Assembly (NCBI GenBank): GCA_002269645.1
Contig: NIVC01003094.1
Span: 1-64,000, forward strand
DNA length: 64,000 bases
Source of the DNA: Macrostomum lignano
Lineage: Eukaryota
Direction of reading: 5' to 3'
The translations under genes and the position numbers were made by a program. The notes under the pieces were generated by a model, which did no database searches, was not told the origin of the DNA, and saw only the letters and a program-made list of their open reading frames with translations. Numbering within the stretch: the stretch's first letter is position 1; the number at the start of each line of letters is the position of its first letter. Positions 44,701 through 57,070 of this stretch are shown here, one piece after another.

Positions 44701-47510
44701 TGAAGCCTTTCCCTATGCGACCAATTATCCGATTCTAATTCCTCGTCATTCTCACCTGGAACAGCTCCTCATCAGGAGGGCTCATCAGTCAGTCGCGCAC
44801 GGGGGAGTGGCTCCCACGCTCTGCAAGATTCGAGAGAAGTTTTGGGTACTCAAAGGTAGACAGCGAGTGAAGCAGGAGTTGTCTCGGTGTGTTGTATGTC
44901 GGAAGATTCAAGGGCGTACGTACACCGTGCCGGTCGTTCCCCAGTTACCGAACTTTCGTTTGGCGGATCTTCGCCCCTTTCAGACTGTTGGTCTCGACTA
45001 TTTTGGTCCGATTTTTTATCGGACGGGGGAGAGTGACGTCTCGACTAGTGAGCCTGCTAAAGGGTACGTGTTGCTCTTCACATGCTCGACCACTCGAGCA
45101 GTGCATTTGGAGCTGCTATCAGATATGTCAACTCAACAGTTTCTTCACGGCTTGCGACGTTTTGTGGCGCGTCGAGGACTTCCTTCGTTGATCAGCGACA
45201 ACGCAAAGACCTTCCGTTCAGCAGCTCGGATCCTCGGTGCCAGCACTAGCGATCAGGTGCAGGCGTTCTGTGCCGAAAGGAGAATTACCTGGCAGTTCAT
45301 ACCGGAAAAGGCCCCATGGTGGGGCGGATTCTGGGAGCGGTTAGTTGGAGTCATTAAGAGTTCTTTGAAGAAAAGCATCGGTCGTGCTCAGTTAAACTTT
45401 GATCAGTTGTCGTCTACAATCATCGAAATCGAAGCTATCATCAACAGTAGGCCATTGTTGTACGTCTCTGCCGATGACCGGAGTGAAGTTATTACTCCTT
45501 CACACTTTCTACTTGGAGTGCGACTCACTTGGGAACCTGATCAAGGTGCGACTCAATCGTCAACGCTGCTGTCACTACCTAGACGACTCGATCTTCTGCG
45601 CAACGCTCTGAATCGTTTTTGGAAGGTTTGGCAAGAGGACTACGTCACCGCTCTCCGCGAGAAGCCATTGCATGGGCAAGGATGCGGTCCCTTTCCGAAA
45701 CCTGGTGATGTTGTGGTGGTGTGCGGTGAATCACACCAGCCGAGGCTGATGTGGAAGCTCGGTGTAGTTGAGTCGGTTTCTGTTGGTCGTGATGGTGTTA
45801 GTCGCTCTGCTCTGGTTCGTGTAGTTAGCGGTGTGGGAGCTAGGAGGAGGGAGCGCATTAGGCGCCCGGTGCGAGCCTTGGTGCCACTCGAAGTCTCTGA
45901 GTGAATGTGAAAGTGTCGAGAGAGTTCAATTTCAAACTTTACTTTTCCGCCATTACTATTTAATGATCGCGCATTTTGCTTTCGGTTTCTTTGTTGCAAG
46001 AGGTCACTCGTTTAGCCTTGGTAGTTTTTTTGTTTCCTAGTGACAGTTTCCTATTGGCCTTAGCGTCATCGTGTTATTTTCTCTAAATCACTAAGTGTTT
46101 TGTCACCAACCTTTTGTATGTTTCATGTCATTTATTACAATTTTTTTCATTGTTTGTCGAATCTTTAGTGATGATTGGTGAAGGAATCCTCAACCTTTTC
46201 AATGGTCTAAATTATCTTATAATGAAGTCATTGTCATTTCCTGTGTTTGTTTTTTGCGTTTTTTGGAATTTTTGGTATCGGGAAAAATGTGATCATTTTT
46301 GGGGGAGTGTCGCGAAATTTCAGCTTGCGCTAATAGAATTCACTTGCTCCCTTTTCATTTTCTTCCATTCCCTGTGTGCCTAGTCCATCTTCTATCTACC
46401 GCGCTCTACGTACTGTACATTCTTATCTTGTTTTCCGATTATCGATCGGTGAGTTTTCAGTCAGCCCCCCCCCCTCGGTCTCGTTAGAGCATTTTAGCCC
46501 TCGCCCTTCTTACCCATTTTCTTCTTATCTATTCTCTACCCCCCTCTCTCAACTACGCAAATAAATATACTGCTGGAGGAGCCTTTTCATCTTAACTTTG
46601 TTTTTCAAGTTGTTATTGTCAACGTATTCACTGGCCAGTGTTATTTCTTCAGTTATTTTTCTACAGCAGTCCCAGCATCCCACAGCCTCATCAACAGCCC
46701 CAAAATCCCACAGCCTCATCAACAGCCTCAGCATCCCACAGTCTGCCCAGCAGTCCCAGCATCCCACAGCCTTATCAACAGCCTCAGCATCCCACAGTCT
46801 GCCCAGCAGTCCCAGCATCCCACAGCCTCATCAACAGCCCCAGCATCCCACAGCCTCATCAACAACCCCAGCATCCATCAGCTTCATCAACAGCCCCAGC
46901 ATCCCACAGTCTGCCCAGCAGTCCCAGCATCCCACAGTCTGCCCAGCAGTCCCAGCATCCCACAGCCTCATCAACAACTTCAGCATCCCACAGCCTCATT
47001 AACAGCCCCAGCATCCCACAGTCTGCCCAGCAGTCCCAGCCTCACCGACAGTCCAAGCGCCAAGCCGCAGGCAGCAAAGCGGCCAGCCAGCAGGCAGCGC
47101 AGACAGGCCAGCACGCAGAGCAGAATCAAAGGCTCAGCGCTGCCACGGCTGGACACGCCGAGCACGATAGGGTTCCACAGCCAGGCGGCTGCGGCTGGCC
47201 AACTAGTCAATCCGGCTAGCAGGCAGCCGCAGGCGACATCCGCAGCGGCGAATACAAATTTGCCAAAGCCGCTGTGCAGCAGAAAATTGCCCAGAGTGAC
47301 AAGCGCAATCAGCGGAGTATAGCGGTACTCAGACTCAAGATAAGGCGACCGGCCTTGGAGCATGTGACGCGAGGCATTGTTAAACACCAGGTAGTCAATA
47401 TCCGTGTACTTCACTTCAAATAGGGCGTCGTGTGCGTAGCTATAGGCAATTAGGCCGATGCGAACAGCGCAGCAAATGGCAAGTTGGTGACGCCAAAACA
47501 GACGCCACAT
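41729..47510 (-). CDS. PIGM: GPI mannosyltransferase 1 (PIG-M), 3 exons
   Basis: Exons 47510 (or 47588)-47046, 43601-43206, 42025-41729. Motifs VKYTDIDY, GRSPY..YRYTPL, NP..SSRGSAE, SVHAKLYP, R.DPQHNFS.YF, LNKV.TSQYFLWY; C-terminus KKRD*. Confidence 0.95.
42218..43028. repeat. 32/33-bp CCACTCCAGTGTAATACTGACACCCAGTCCAT minisatellite, PIG-M intron 2
   Basis: Direct reading. Confidence 0.93.
43960..46665 (+). mobile_element. Internally deleted BEL/Pao LTR retrotransposon in PIG-M intron 1
   Basis: 5' LTR 43960-44262 (3'-truncated) and 3' LTR 46308-46665 (TGT...ACA). PPT GGGGGAG at 46301-46307. 5-bp TSD GCAGT on both sides (43955-59, 46666-70). Confidence 0.93.
44288..45904 (+). CDS. BEL/Pao pol C-terminus: integrase (H2C2 zinc finger, DDE core) plus DUF5641-type tail
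   Basis: AHQSVAHGG...CVVC; GLDYFGP; AVHLEL; SDNAKTF; APWWGGFWERLV; LNSRP-like INSRPL; GDVVVV..W.LG.V..GRDG..R..LVR. Confidence 0.92.
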   Translation: MAEESTSQSGTVLLASVAATTLLDRESGSDSPTSDMSSIIDVERFSSFNKLLRVTAWVRRFVLNLKASLARSPLQKFNFVTAAELHTCETLWLRSAQRSGFSKEIDHLSKHSTATPLCRDLNLVLDDEGLLRSKGRIGEAFPYATNYPILIPRHSHLEQLLIRRAHQSVAHGGVAPTLCKIREKFWVLKGRQRVKQELSRCVVCRKIQGRTYTVPVVPQLPNFRLADLRPFQTVGLDYFGPIFYRTGESDVSTSEPAKGYVLLFTCSTTRAVHLELLSDMSTQQFLHGLRRFVARRGLPSLISDNAKTFRSAARILGASTSDQVQAFCAERRITWQFIPEKAPWWGGFWERLVGVIKSSLKKSIGRAQLNFDQLSSTIIEIEAIINSRPLLYVSADDRSEVITPSHFLLGVRLTWEPDQGATQSSTLLSLPRRLDLLRNALNRFWKVWQEDYVTALREKPLHGQGCGPFPKPGDVVVVCGESHQPRLMWKLGVVESVSVGRDGVSRSALVRVVSGVGARRRERIRRPVRALVPLEVSE

Positions 47511-49206
47511 TGGAGACCAATTTTTGCTTGCAGACGTCTGGAGTGTGTAATTGCGTGCTAAGCATAAGCATAATATAAGCATGGGCATAATTACATCGTA
47601 TTTAATTCAGACAAGGATGAGTCGATATATAAGCTTGCAGCAGGGTGCAACTATGCTTTTATAGCCAAGACAACTGAAAATTCCCATTTGTGGTCATTAT
47701 GAGAAACATCTATACTATTTAGCTTCAGAATTGACATAGAATGCATAGAAGGCGAAGGCAACCAATTTTGAGCCCCATTCTAACTCAAGGCTGCCTCTAG
47801 AGATGTAAAACTAGCAAGACATCTCAACAAACCAAAGCATTGACTTGCCCATAAATATAGCAAAATAAACTTGTATCAATTATTGGACAATAGCTTTAAT
47901 AGCACATTATCAAGGATGCTAATGAATCTTTAATTGTAATATTAGATGTCTCACTATTATAGATGTCTCATGCTTTAATAAACTGATCTTGTATACTTAG
48001 GTTCATTCAAAGGAAAATAGCCTAATGGACAAGCATTTGAATAATCAAAGAATGCTTTTTAGGCTGTGCTGAGCTAACTAAAACAATAGACTGTAGCACT
48101 ATAGCCAAATACTAATAGTGAATTATCATGACTTACCTAGCCTAGCTATTCTAGGCAATGGTTAAGACTTCTAATATATAACATTAGACCTAGATAGCCA
48201 TAATAGTATTGAAGATAGTCTATATGCCAGAATGTTTCAGTGTACATAGGGGTTTAGAGGTGCAGCTTTAGTATACAAATTGGTATACATAAAAAAATCA
48301 ATGTGGCTAGCATATAGGCTAGCAAATAGCAATTTTAGACATACAAATTAAGTGATATAACATACATGATATAATGTTAGGAATGTTTTTTGTTTTTTTT
48401 TAAAGTTATTTTTAATATTCTAAATGCTGGCTAATATAAAAATTGTTTACTATTTTTAATATTAAAAATAGCAATTTTAGTATTAAGTAATATATATAGT
48501 CTTCATTTTGTTTACCTTAATCTTTTGCAATTTTTTGGTGCAACATTTACTACTAGAAAGTATTTTTTGCTATATACTAGCATATAGTTTTCTCAAAGCA
48601 AATTTTTATTATGCCATATACATGCTATCTTTCAGACTATAGGATAGCATAAGAAATGCTAGAGTGCTAGAGAAGTTGCTTGACTTAGCACACTTGGCCT
48701 TGCTATGTGTCAACTTTGGTATCTACCTTTTGGACCCTAGAGCACATCTCTAATACTACCCTCTACAATTGAACAGTTGCAATTAGTTACATAGTGTATA
48801 CTAAGGCCTATTGTCTAGAGCCAATATAAAAAATTGCTTCTGACTATGCAAGGCCTTTATACTAGGGATAGGCTAAGATTTGCTATTATATAAAATGTCT
48901 TTTATTCACTAATGCTAGTCTTAGCAAGTATCAAAATAGAGACAAAAATACTTTAAGCCACTTTGCACTTAAGCTTAGTTCTAAACTAGCAATCTACGCC
49001 CCCCGTTGGGGAGCCAAAGAAATGCTATACACGTTTTTTTAATAAGCTACATGTATCCTTGAAATCTTAAAAAATCTCCTGTCAAACCTTGTAAGCCTTG
49101 ACATGTCAGTAATCCCCCCCCCAGCTTTAACATATCAACTTCCCCCCTTGACATCTCAGCAATGCCCCAATAAGCCTTGGAAATCTAAAAATATCTGTCA
49201 ACCTTC

Positions 49207-49250
49207 TAACCCTAGCCCTAACCCTAACCCTAACCCTAACCTAACCCTAA
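49207..49250. repeat. Short interstitial (CCCTAA)n telomeric-type tract
   Basis: CTAACCCTAGCCCTAACCCTAACCCTAACCCTAACCTAACCCTAA; a degenerate second tract lies at ~49575-49620. Confidence 0.85.
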
Positions 49251-50029
49251 AGCATTGAAATTTCAGTAATTCTCTCTAAGAGTCATTATAGCACTACTAC
49301 AGCATTATAGCGATAAGCTTCTTTTATTTTTTACATAACGCTTTTTTTATCAGCGATCCCTTGCCTGAGGAGGCATCAAATAATGTAATAAAAAGTTTTC
49401 AATAAACTACATGTAGCTTCTGACTTTAGCCTTGAAATCTCATTTATACCCCCGTGAGCCTTGACATCTCAGCTATTCCCCCCCATCCGTAAGCCTTGAC
49501 ATGTCAGCGATGGCCCCCATAAACCTTGAAATCTAAAAAATCTACTGTTAACCTTGAAACCCGATAAAATATAACCCTCAACCTACACCTGACCTAAACC
49601 TAACTTTAACCCAACCTAAAGCCTTGAAATCTCAGCAATTCTTCTCCCCTAAGCCTTGACATTTTAGTGATTCCTTCTTTAAGAATCACAGCACTATAAC
49701 GATTTCCACCAAGCTTTGACATCGTAGCAATTCCCAAATGAATCTTTTAACTTCGACATGACTTGTCTTTTATGTATACATAGTGCTACTTTTATTTTTT
49801 ACATGACTCTTCTTCTATCAGCACCCCCCCATGGCGAGCCAACAAAGAATGCAATAAAAAATTGAGTAAAGTACATGAACTTTGAAGTAGCTTCTGACTT
49901 TTGCTTTGAGATCCCAGAAACAACCCCCCCTCATAATCTCAGTTATTCTCTGAGAGCCTTTACGTCTCAGTTTTTCTTCCCAGCACAGCATTATAGCTGC
50001 ATTTCATTTTTACATGACATCCTTCATGT

Positions 50030-51990
50030 CTGACATGACGCTTCTTTTGATTTTTACATTACACTTCTTTTATTCTTCCATGATGCTTCTTAATTTTTTA
50101 AATGATGCTTTCATTAGTTTTTAAATGAGGCTTCTATAATTTTTTCATGACGCTTCTATGATTGTTTACATGACGCTTCTATGCTTTTTACATGACGCTT
50201 CTATGCTTTTTACATGACGCTTCTATGATTATTTCATGACGCTTCGATGATTGTTTACATGACGCTTCTATGATTGTTTACATGATGCTTCTACGATTTC
50301 TGCAGGATGCTTCTATGATTTTTACATGATGCTTGTATGATTTTTTCATGACGCTCCTATGATTTTTTCATGACGCTTCTATGATTGTTTACATGACGCT
50401 TCTATGCTTTTTACATGACGCTTCTATGCTTTTTACATGACGCTTCCATGATTTTTTACATGACACTTCTATGATTTTTACATGATGCTTCCATGATTTT
50501 TTTATGACGCTTCTGTGATTGTTTATATGACACTTCTATGCTTTTTATATGACGCTTCCATGATTTTTTACATGACACTTCTATGATTTATACATGACGC
50601 TTCTATGATTTTTTCATGACGCTTCTGTGATTGTTTATAAGATGCTTCTATGCTTTTTATATGACGCTTCTATGATTATTTACATGACGCTTCTATGCTT
50701 TTTATATGACGATTCTATGATTTTTACATGACACTTCTATGATTTTTACATGACGTTTCTATGATTTTTTCATGACGCTCCTATGTTTTTTTCATGACGC
50801 TTCTATGATTTTTTGCATGACACTTCTATGATTTTTTACATGACGCTTCTATGATTGTTTACATGACGCTTCTATAATTTTTACATGATGCTTCTATGAT
50901 TGTTTACATGACACTTCTATGATTTTTTACATGACGCTTTTATGATTGTTTACATGACGCTTCTATGATATTTTACATGACGCTACTATGATTTTTACAT
51001 GACGCTTCCATGATTTTTTACATGACGCTTCTATGATTTTTTACATGACGCTTCCATGATTTTTTACATGACACTTCTATGATTTTTACATGACGCTTCC
51101 ATGATTTTTTTCATGACGCTTCCATGATTTTTTACATGACGCTTCCATGATTTTTTCATGACGCTTCTATGATTTTTACATGACACTTCCATGATTTTTT
51201 ACATGGCACTTCTATGATTTTTTGCATGACGCTTCTATGATTGTTTACATGACGCTTCTATGATTTTTTACATGACGCTTCTATGATTGTTTACATGACA
51301 CTTCTATGATTTTTTACATGACGCTTCTATGATTGTTTACATGACGCTTCTATGATTTTTTACATGACGCTTCTATGATATTTTCATGACGCTTCTATGA
51401 TTTTTTACATGACGCTTCTATGATATTTTCATGACGCTTCCACAATTTTTTACATGACGCTTCTATGATTGTTTACATGACGCTTCTATGATTTTTACAT
51501 GATGCTTCTACGATTTCTGCAGGACGCTTCTATGATTTTTACATGATGCTTCTATGATTTTTTCATGACGCTCCTTCGATTTTTTCATGACGCTTTCATG
51601 ATTTTTTACATGACGCTTCTATGATTTTTTACAGGACGCTTCTATGATTTTTACATGATGCTTCTACGATTTCTGCAGGACGCTTCTATGATTTTTACAT
51701 GATGCTTCTATGATTTTTTCATGACGCTTCTATGATTGTTTACATAACGCTTCTATGATTTTTACATGATGCTTCTACGATTTCTGCAGGACACTTCTAT
51801 GATTTTTACATGATGCTTCTATGATTTTTTTATGACGCTCCTATGATTTTTTCATGACGCTTCCATGATTTTTTACATGATGCTTCCATGATTTTTTATA
51901 TGACGCTTCTATGATTTTTTACATGACGCTTCTATGATTTTTTACATGACGCTTCTATGATTTTTTACATGACACTTCTATGATTTTTTA
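50030..51990. repeat. ~23-bp AT-rich satellite TTCTATGATTTTT(T)ACATGACGC, ~85 copies
   Basis: Direct reading. Confidence 0.95.
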
Positions 51991-52039
51991 GTTTTCTTTT
52001 TGGTGTTAAAAAGCTTTAATTAAAAAAATTCCACTCTCT

Positions 52040-52098
52040 AAAAATTCGAACCATCGTCCTTGCATTTAGCAGTCAGTCTGTTTACCTCTAGGCTAGCT
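52040..52098 (-). ncRNA. tRNA-derived (Ser-GCT-like) SINE head or pseudo-tRNA
   Basis: Minus strand reads A-box TAGCCTAGAGG, anticodon-loop-like GACTGCTAA and B-box GGTTCGAAT at normal spacing. The acceptor stem is not formed. Confidence 0.4.
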
Positions 52099-55000
52099 CT
52101 CATCGTTTTGATAATATGAATTTTAGCACTTATAATTATAAGTTTCAAAACTCCAAGCATGGAGTAAATCACACGAAGCAGTTATGACATAATCAATTTC
52201 TCAGTCAGTCAGTATCAGTTAACAATATGGTTACACAATCTAAATCACGTCTGGTGTTTCGCTTCCACACTGCATTTTCAATACTGTGACGCAATTCAAG
52301 TCGGAGTTACAATTCAGTTATGATGCAATCTATTTTAGAATCAGAATTCAACCAGTCAATTTTTTTCTAGCATTCTTACAATGCATTTCAAGTCGAAAAG
52401 TTTGCTTGACCTTTGCAAAAAAGCATGTTTTTCGAGTATTTAATGCCTTTAGCATCGAGCAATTTCTTAGCCAAGACACATGTACCATCACGGGAAAATT
52501 TCTGATCGAACAGTGCAAGTCTTATGAAAATCAGTTAAGCCATTTTTTCTCTAATCAATTACAAGCAAGCAAGCAAGCAAGATTTTCATTTTTAGTATAT
52601 AGGAAGATTGCTTAAAAGCCCAAAAGGCCCACAGAGCAGGCTATAGACAAACTGGTCTTTTTGCTTAATTAGAGGCATACCCTAAAAGCAAAGTATACCA
52701 TAGAGTTCTACTAGTACTTGCATAAACCTTCTTTATCCATAAATAAATTCTATGCACCTGAAAAAGAAAGCTAAAAGTGACACTTTGTGGAGACAAAGAC
52801 TCAATTCCAATTTGGAAGATACATTATCAAGCAATGACTCAATAGAGATTGAGTCAAAAACAGAGTTGGAAAATATAGATTCAGAATCTAATGAGAGCAA
52901 AGATGAGGCAACCACATAATGGGTTGAAATAGCCCTTGGAAATGACAAATTGTTTGACCTGAATGGGCTGCCAGAATTCCAAGGGTTTTTAGCCATTAAT
53001 CTAATCACTGATCTATTAAATGCAAACAAAGGTATGATAGACATAAGACTTTTTATCAATTTTCCTGACTAAAGAGTTTTTGAATGGTCTTATAACATAG
53101 AAATATATGATGGACTTCTTTAAATCATCCATGGTCTACATAAGGCCTAACTTAAGTGAATGGAGAAAGGGTTTTTGATGCCATAGACATTGACATTGGC
53201 TTATTGACATTGAGTTGTGTTAGATGCTTAGATGGTTTATAGAAAATCTCTGATGTTAGTTATTACCACAGTGCATACTCTATGGCCAAAACTATTAAGC
53301 GGTACTCTTTTTGTTAAAGTGAGCAGAGCCACAAGGCTCAAATATACTGAGTATGAGTAGAGAGAGCAGCTCAACTGGAGCACTCCAATTTGTAGCTACA
53401 TGCTGCATAACTAAACTGGTTTCCTTTGTAAACCAACACAAAGTAACAAGTTGAGGCATTGCCAACCTGAAATTAGTTTATTAGCATAGTTTTTCTTATA
53501 TTTCAAATGGTTTAGTAATATTGTTTTCAATGTTATTAATGATAGTTTCTTTATTCATGATGCATTTTTTTATGTTGGGTTCTATTACTCACATTTGTTG
53601 GGTTTTCACTTGCAAAATTAGCAAGTGCTCAAGTACTCTAGCTAAAATTTGAGTCAATAGTTGAAGACTAAATCATTTACACTAGATGTCTGGTCCAAAG
53701 CAAGAGGCCTACTGAAATATGTGCAAAAACAATTAAGTCTTCTTTGACATTCATTCTTCTAATGCTCTTAACAAAGGAATAAAAATGTTTACAACAATGC
53801 TGCAAGGTTCCAAATGCTGCAGCAATGAATAACAACTGGACTTAATACTTTGACTGCTCTAGTAACTGCTATGCACAAAGATAAGACCTATCATGCTTTC
53901 TAGAATGAATTCCAATAAAAGACCAAATAGAAAGGAATCATACAAAGCACTAATAGGCCTAGAAGTTTGTCTTCTAGGCTAGATAGCAAACAACAAATGC
54001 TATATAACTTTTCATTAGATGATGTACTTCTTTCACTAGATATAGAATTCTTTGACATTGTTGCTAGGCTATTATAATATATTATTGATCAGTGAGTTAA
54101 AGTTGTTTGAACTATATTTGAGTATGTAGTTAACTGTATGGCAATAGTTGATCTTAGTCAGTTTATAAAGAATTTCAAAAATGGATAGACTACAAATAAA
54201 AAGTTGCTATTGCTGATAAGATCTACAAAATCTGAAATTTACTTTTATAAAATTTTAAATATTTATCTAAGCATTTGGTTTTAGGTTCAACTAGCCTAGA
54301 ATGAGGATTGCAAAATAGATAGAGACCCTTTTTCTGCAAGCAGCAAAAACAAAATGATTTGAATAAAGAAATTCTGGCTAATGCAAACAATTTGCAAGTC
54401 TAATTAAAAGACTTTTGTCTTGATGACCTTCATTCTAAGCTTTGTTCAAGTTATTTTTAATTGTTATATGGTAAACTTGAGAGGTGTAGGACCAAGACCG
54501 CCACACACCAAGACCGCCACACTTGGGGGAGCTAGGGGGGAGGAATTTGGCTCGTCATGTTATTGGATGGTGCTGGGGAGGGGTGAGATGGGGACGACAA
54601 GGCCGCGAGAGAGGAACCGGTGAGTGAGCGGGCCGGGTGGGTGCGAGACCGTGAGTGAGCCCTCGTTTTTTTCATTCAATTTGAATTGTAAAGGAACTAT
54701 CAATCCTAAATAAACAGCTACTTTTAGTAGAAAGCTGTGAAAAAAGGCTCTTGACTTAACTACATTCTTAATTCGCAGTTTTGAATGTGGTCCTTGAGTT
54801 GGTTGTCATTGTTATAATTTGTTATAATGTTAGTTTTCATGTGTGATTCGAGCATGTTCGATTGCCAATGTGCCATTGGTGAGTCGTGCAGCCATACCGT
54901 TTTTATTACGTGTACATGTACAGGCTTCCTATAAAACGACACTCAAGTAGTCCGTGATATGTACTAGCTGGGCCTCGATCGAGTTGTACCGAGGCCTGGT

Positions 55001-55514
55001 AAGCAGCTTTCATATACTCACTTTTGAATCACTCAATCACTATATAACTCACTCACTCTCTCACCCTCTCATTTAGCTCACTCGCTCACTCACTCGCACA
55101 CATGATCACTCACTCAAAAGTTACTGTGATCGCTCTTAATACAATCAAAATGTATGGCACGAAAATGCATGTACATCACATGTACATGTAATCGTTTACT
55201 TTGATTTCGGATGTTCTCCCTGTTCATTAAAAAATACGTTCTAAAACTATTTGAACGTATAATAGCTATAAATGTACATCTGTACATCACATTGGGTACC
55301 AGTAGTATACTCGTGCTTGTACGCCGTTCTGACCATACAACAGCCGGACAGTATGTCGCTACACTACTTGCTTTTAATTTACCATGCAATCAATTGGCAA
55401 TGATCGACCTGGTATACAGTATGCGCATTGTGTGATAGATACAGGTACATGTATATCCATGCTCTGTACAGCTAAATTGGATTAGGAAATAATCTCTCGA
55501 GGTCTCTCTTTAAT

Positions 55515-56420
55515 TATCTCACACTGTCTCCTCTCTCACCCTCCCTCCACTCTCACCCTCTCTCCACTCTCAGCCTCTCTCCACTTTCAGTCTCTCTTTA
55601 CTTTCAGCCTCTCTCCACTTTCAGCCTCTCTTTACTCTCACCCTCTACTCTCAGTCTCTTGCAACTCTCACCCTCTCTCCACTCTCATCCTCTCTTCACT
55701 CAGTCTCTTTCAACTCTCAGCATCTGTCCACTCTTACCCTCTACGGCTACTCTCAACCTCTCTCCATTTTCGGCCTCTCTTCACTCTCAGTCTCTTTCAA
55801 CTCTCACCCTCTCTCCACTCTCACCCTCTACTCTCAGTCTCTTTCAACTCTCAGCCTCTCTTTACTCTCAGCCTCTACTCTCAGTCTCTTTCAACTCTCA
55901 CCCTCTCTCCACTCTCATCCTCTCTTCACTCAGTCTCTTTCAACTCTCAGCATCTGTCCACTCTTACCCTCTACGGCTACTCTCAACCTCTCTCCACTTT
56001 CGGCCTCTCTTCACTCTCAGTCTCTTTCAACTCTCACCCTCTCTCCACTCTCACCCTCTACTCTCAGTCTCTTTCAACTCTCAGCCTCTCTCCACTCTCA
56101 CCCTCTACTCTCAGTCTCTTTCAACTCTCACCCTCTCTCCACTCTCACCCTCTACTCTCAGTCTCTTTCAACTCTCAACCTCTCTCCACTTTCAGCCTCT
56201 CTTTACTCTCACCCTCTCTCCACTTTCGGCCTCTCTTCACTCTCAGTCTCTTTCAACTCTCACCCTCTCTCCACTCTCACCCTCTACTCTCAGTCTCTTT
56301 CAACTCTCAGCCTCTCTTTACTCTCACCCTCTACTCTCAGTCTCTTTCAACTCTCACCCTCTCTCCACTCTCACCCTCTCTCCACTCTCACCCTCTCTCC
56401 ACTCTCACCCTCTCTCCACT
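55515..56420. repeat. CT-rich composite minisatellite
   Basis: Units such as CTCTCAGTCTCTTTCAACTCTCACCCT. Confidence 0.9.
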
Positions 56421-56433
56421 CTCCGAGAAACAA

Positions 56434-56700
56434 TGGGTGAGAAACAGTGGGTGAAACATTGGGTGAAACAGTGGGTGAAACAGTGGGTGAAACATTGGGT
56501 GAAACAGTGGGTGAAACAGTGGGTGAAACATTGGGTGAAGCAGTGGGTGAAACAGTGGGTGAAACAGTGGGTGAAACATTGGGTGAAACAGTGGGTGAAA
56601 CAGTGGGTGAAACAGTGGGTGAAACAGTGGGTGAAACAGTGGGTGAAACAGTGGGTGAAACAGTGGGTGAAACATTGGGTGAAACAGTGGGTAAGAAACA
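56434..56700. repeat. 12-bp GTGGGTGAAACA repeat, ~21 copies
   Basis: Direct reading. Confidence 0.95.
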
Positions 56701-56944
56701 GTGATTTTTTACCATAAAATTTATTTTTGGCAGTGGATTGATCGCTCTTCCAAAAATTCCAGAACTCTCATTGGCTGGGCGCTCATCAAATAGCAGTTAT
56801 CCCCCCCCCCCCACTGATACGGGCCCCGAATTTTGAATTTTCTGTTTATGTATAACTGTATTAGATTAGCATATCTATATAATAAAAACTGGTTTTCTGA
56901 TATCGGAGCTTAAATAGTTTTTGATCAAGAAATATAGCATTAAA

Positions 56945-57070
56945 ATGGCAGGTGCATACCCATGTGTAGTGTGTGTGCAGCCTGTTGTCAATGGAGAGGA
57001 AGCTATTGAGTGCTCGCAGTGTAGCGAATGGCAGCATCGTGCGTGTAACAGTCGCGTAACAGTCGCGTAA
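56945..57070 (+). pseudogene. PHD-finger-like exon fragment inside the TIR element
   Basis: MAGAYPCVVCVQPVVNGEEAIECSQCSEWQHRACNS = C-x2-C..C-x2-C..W-x-H-x2-C. An 11-bp tandem duplication precedes a GTAAGC donor. Confidence 0.55.

Noticed and set aside
52620-53110. piggyBac transposase call
   Set aside because: Only a vague N-terminal pattern across stops and frameshifts; no DDD core or clear TTAA/TIR recognised. Mentioned only as a hypothesis.
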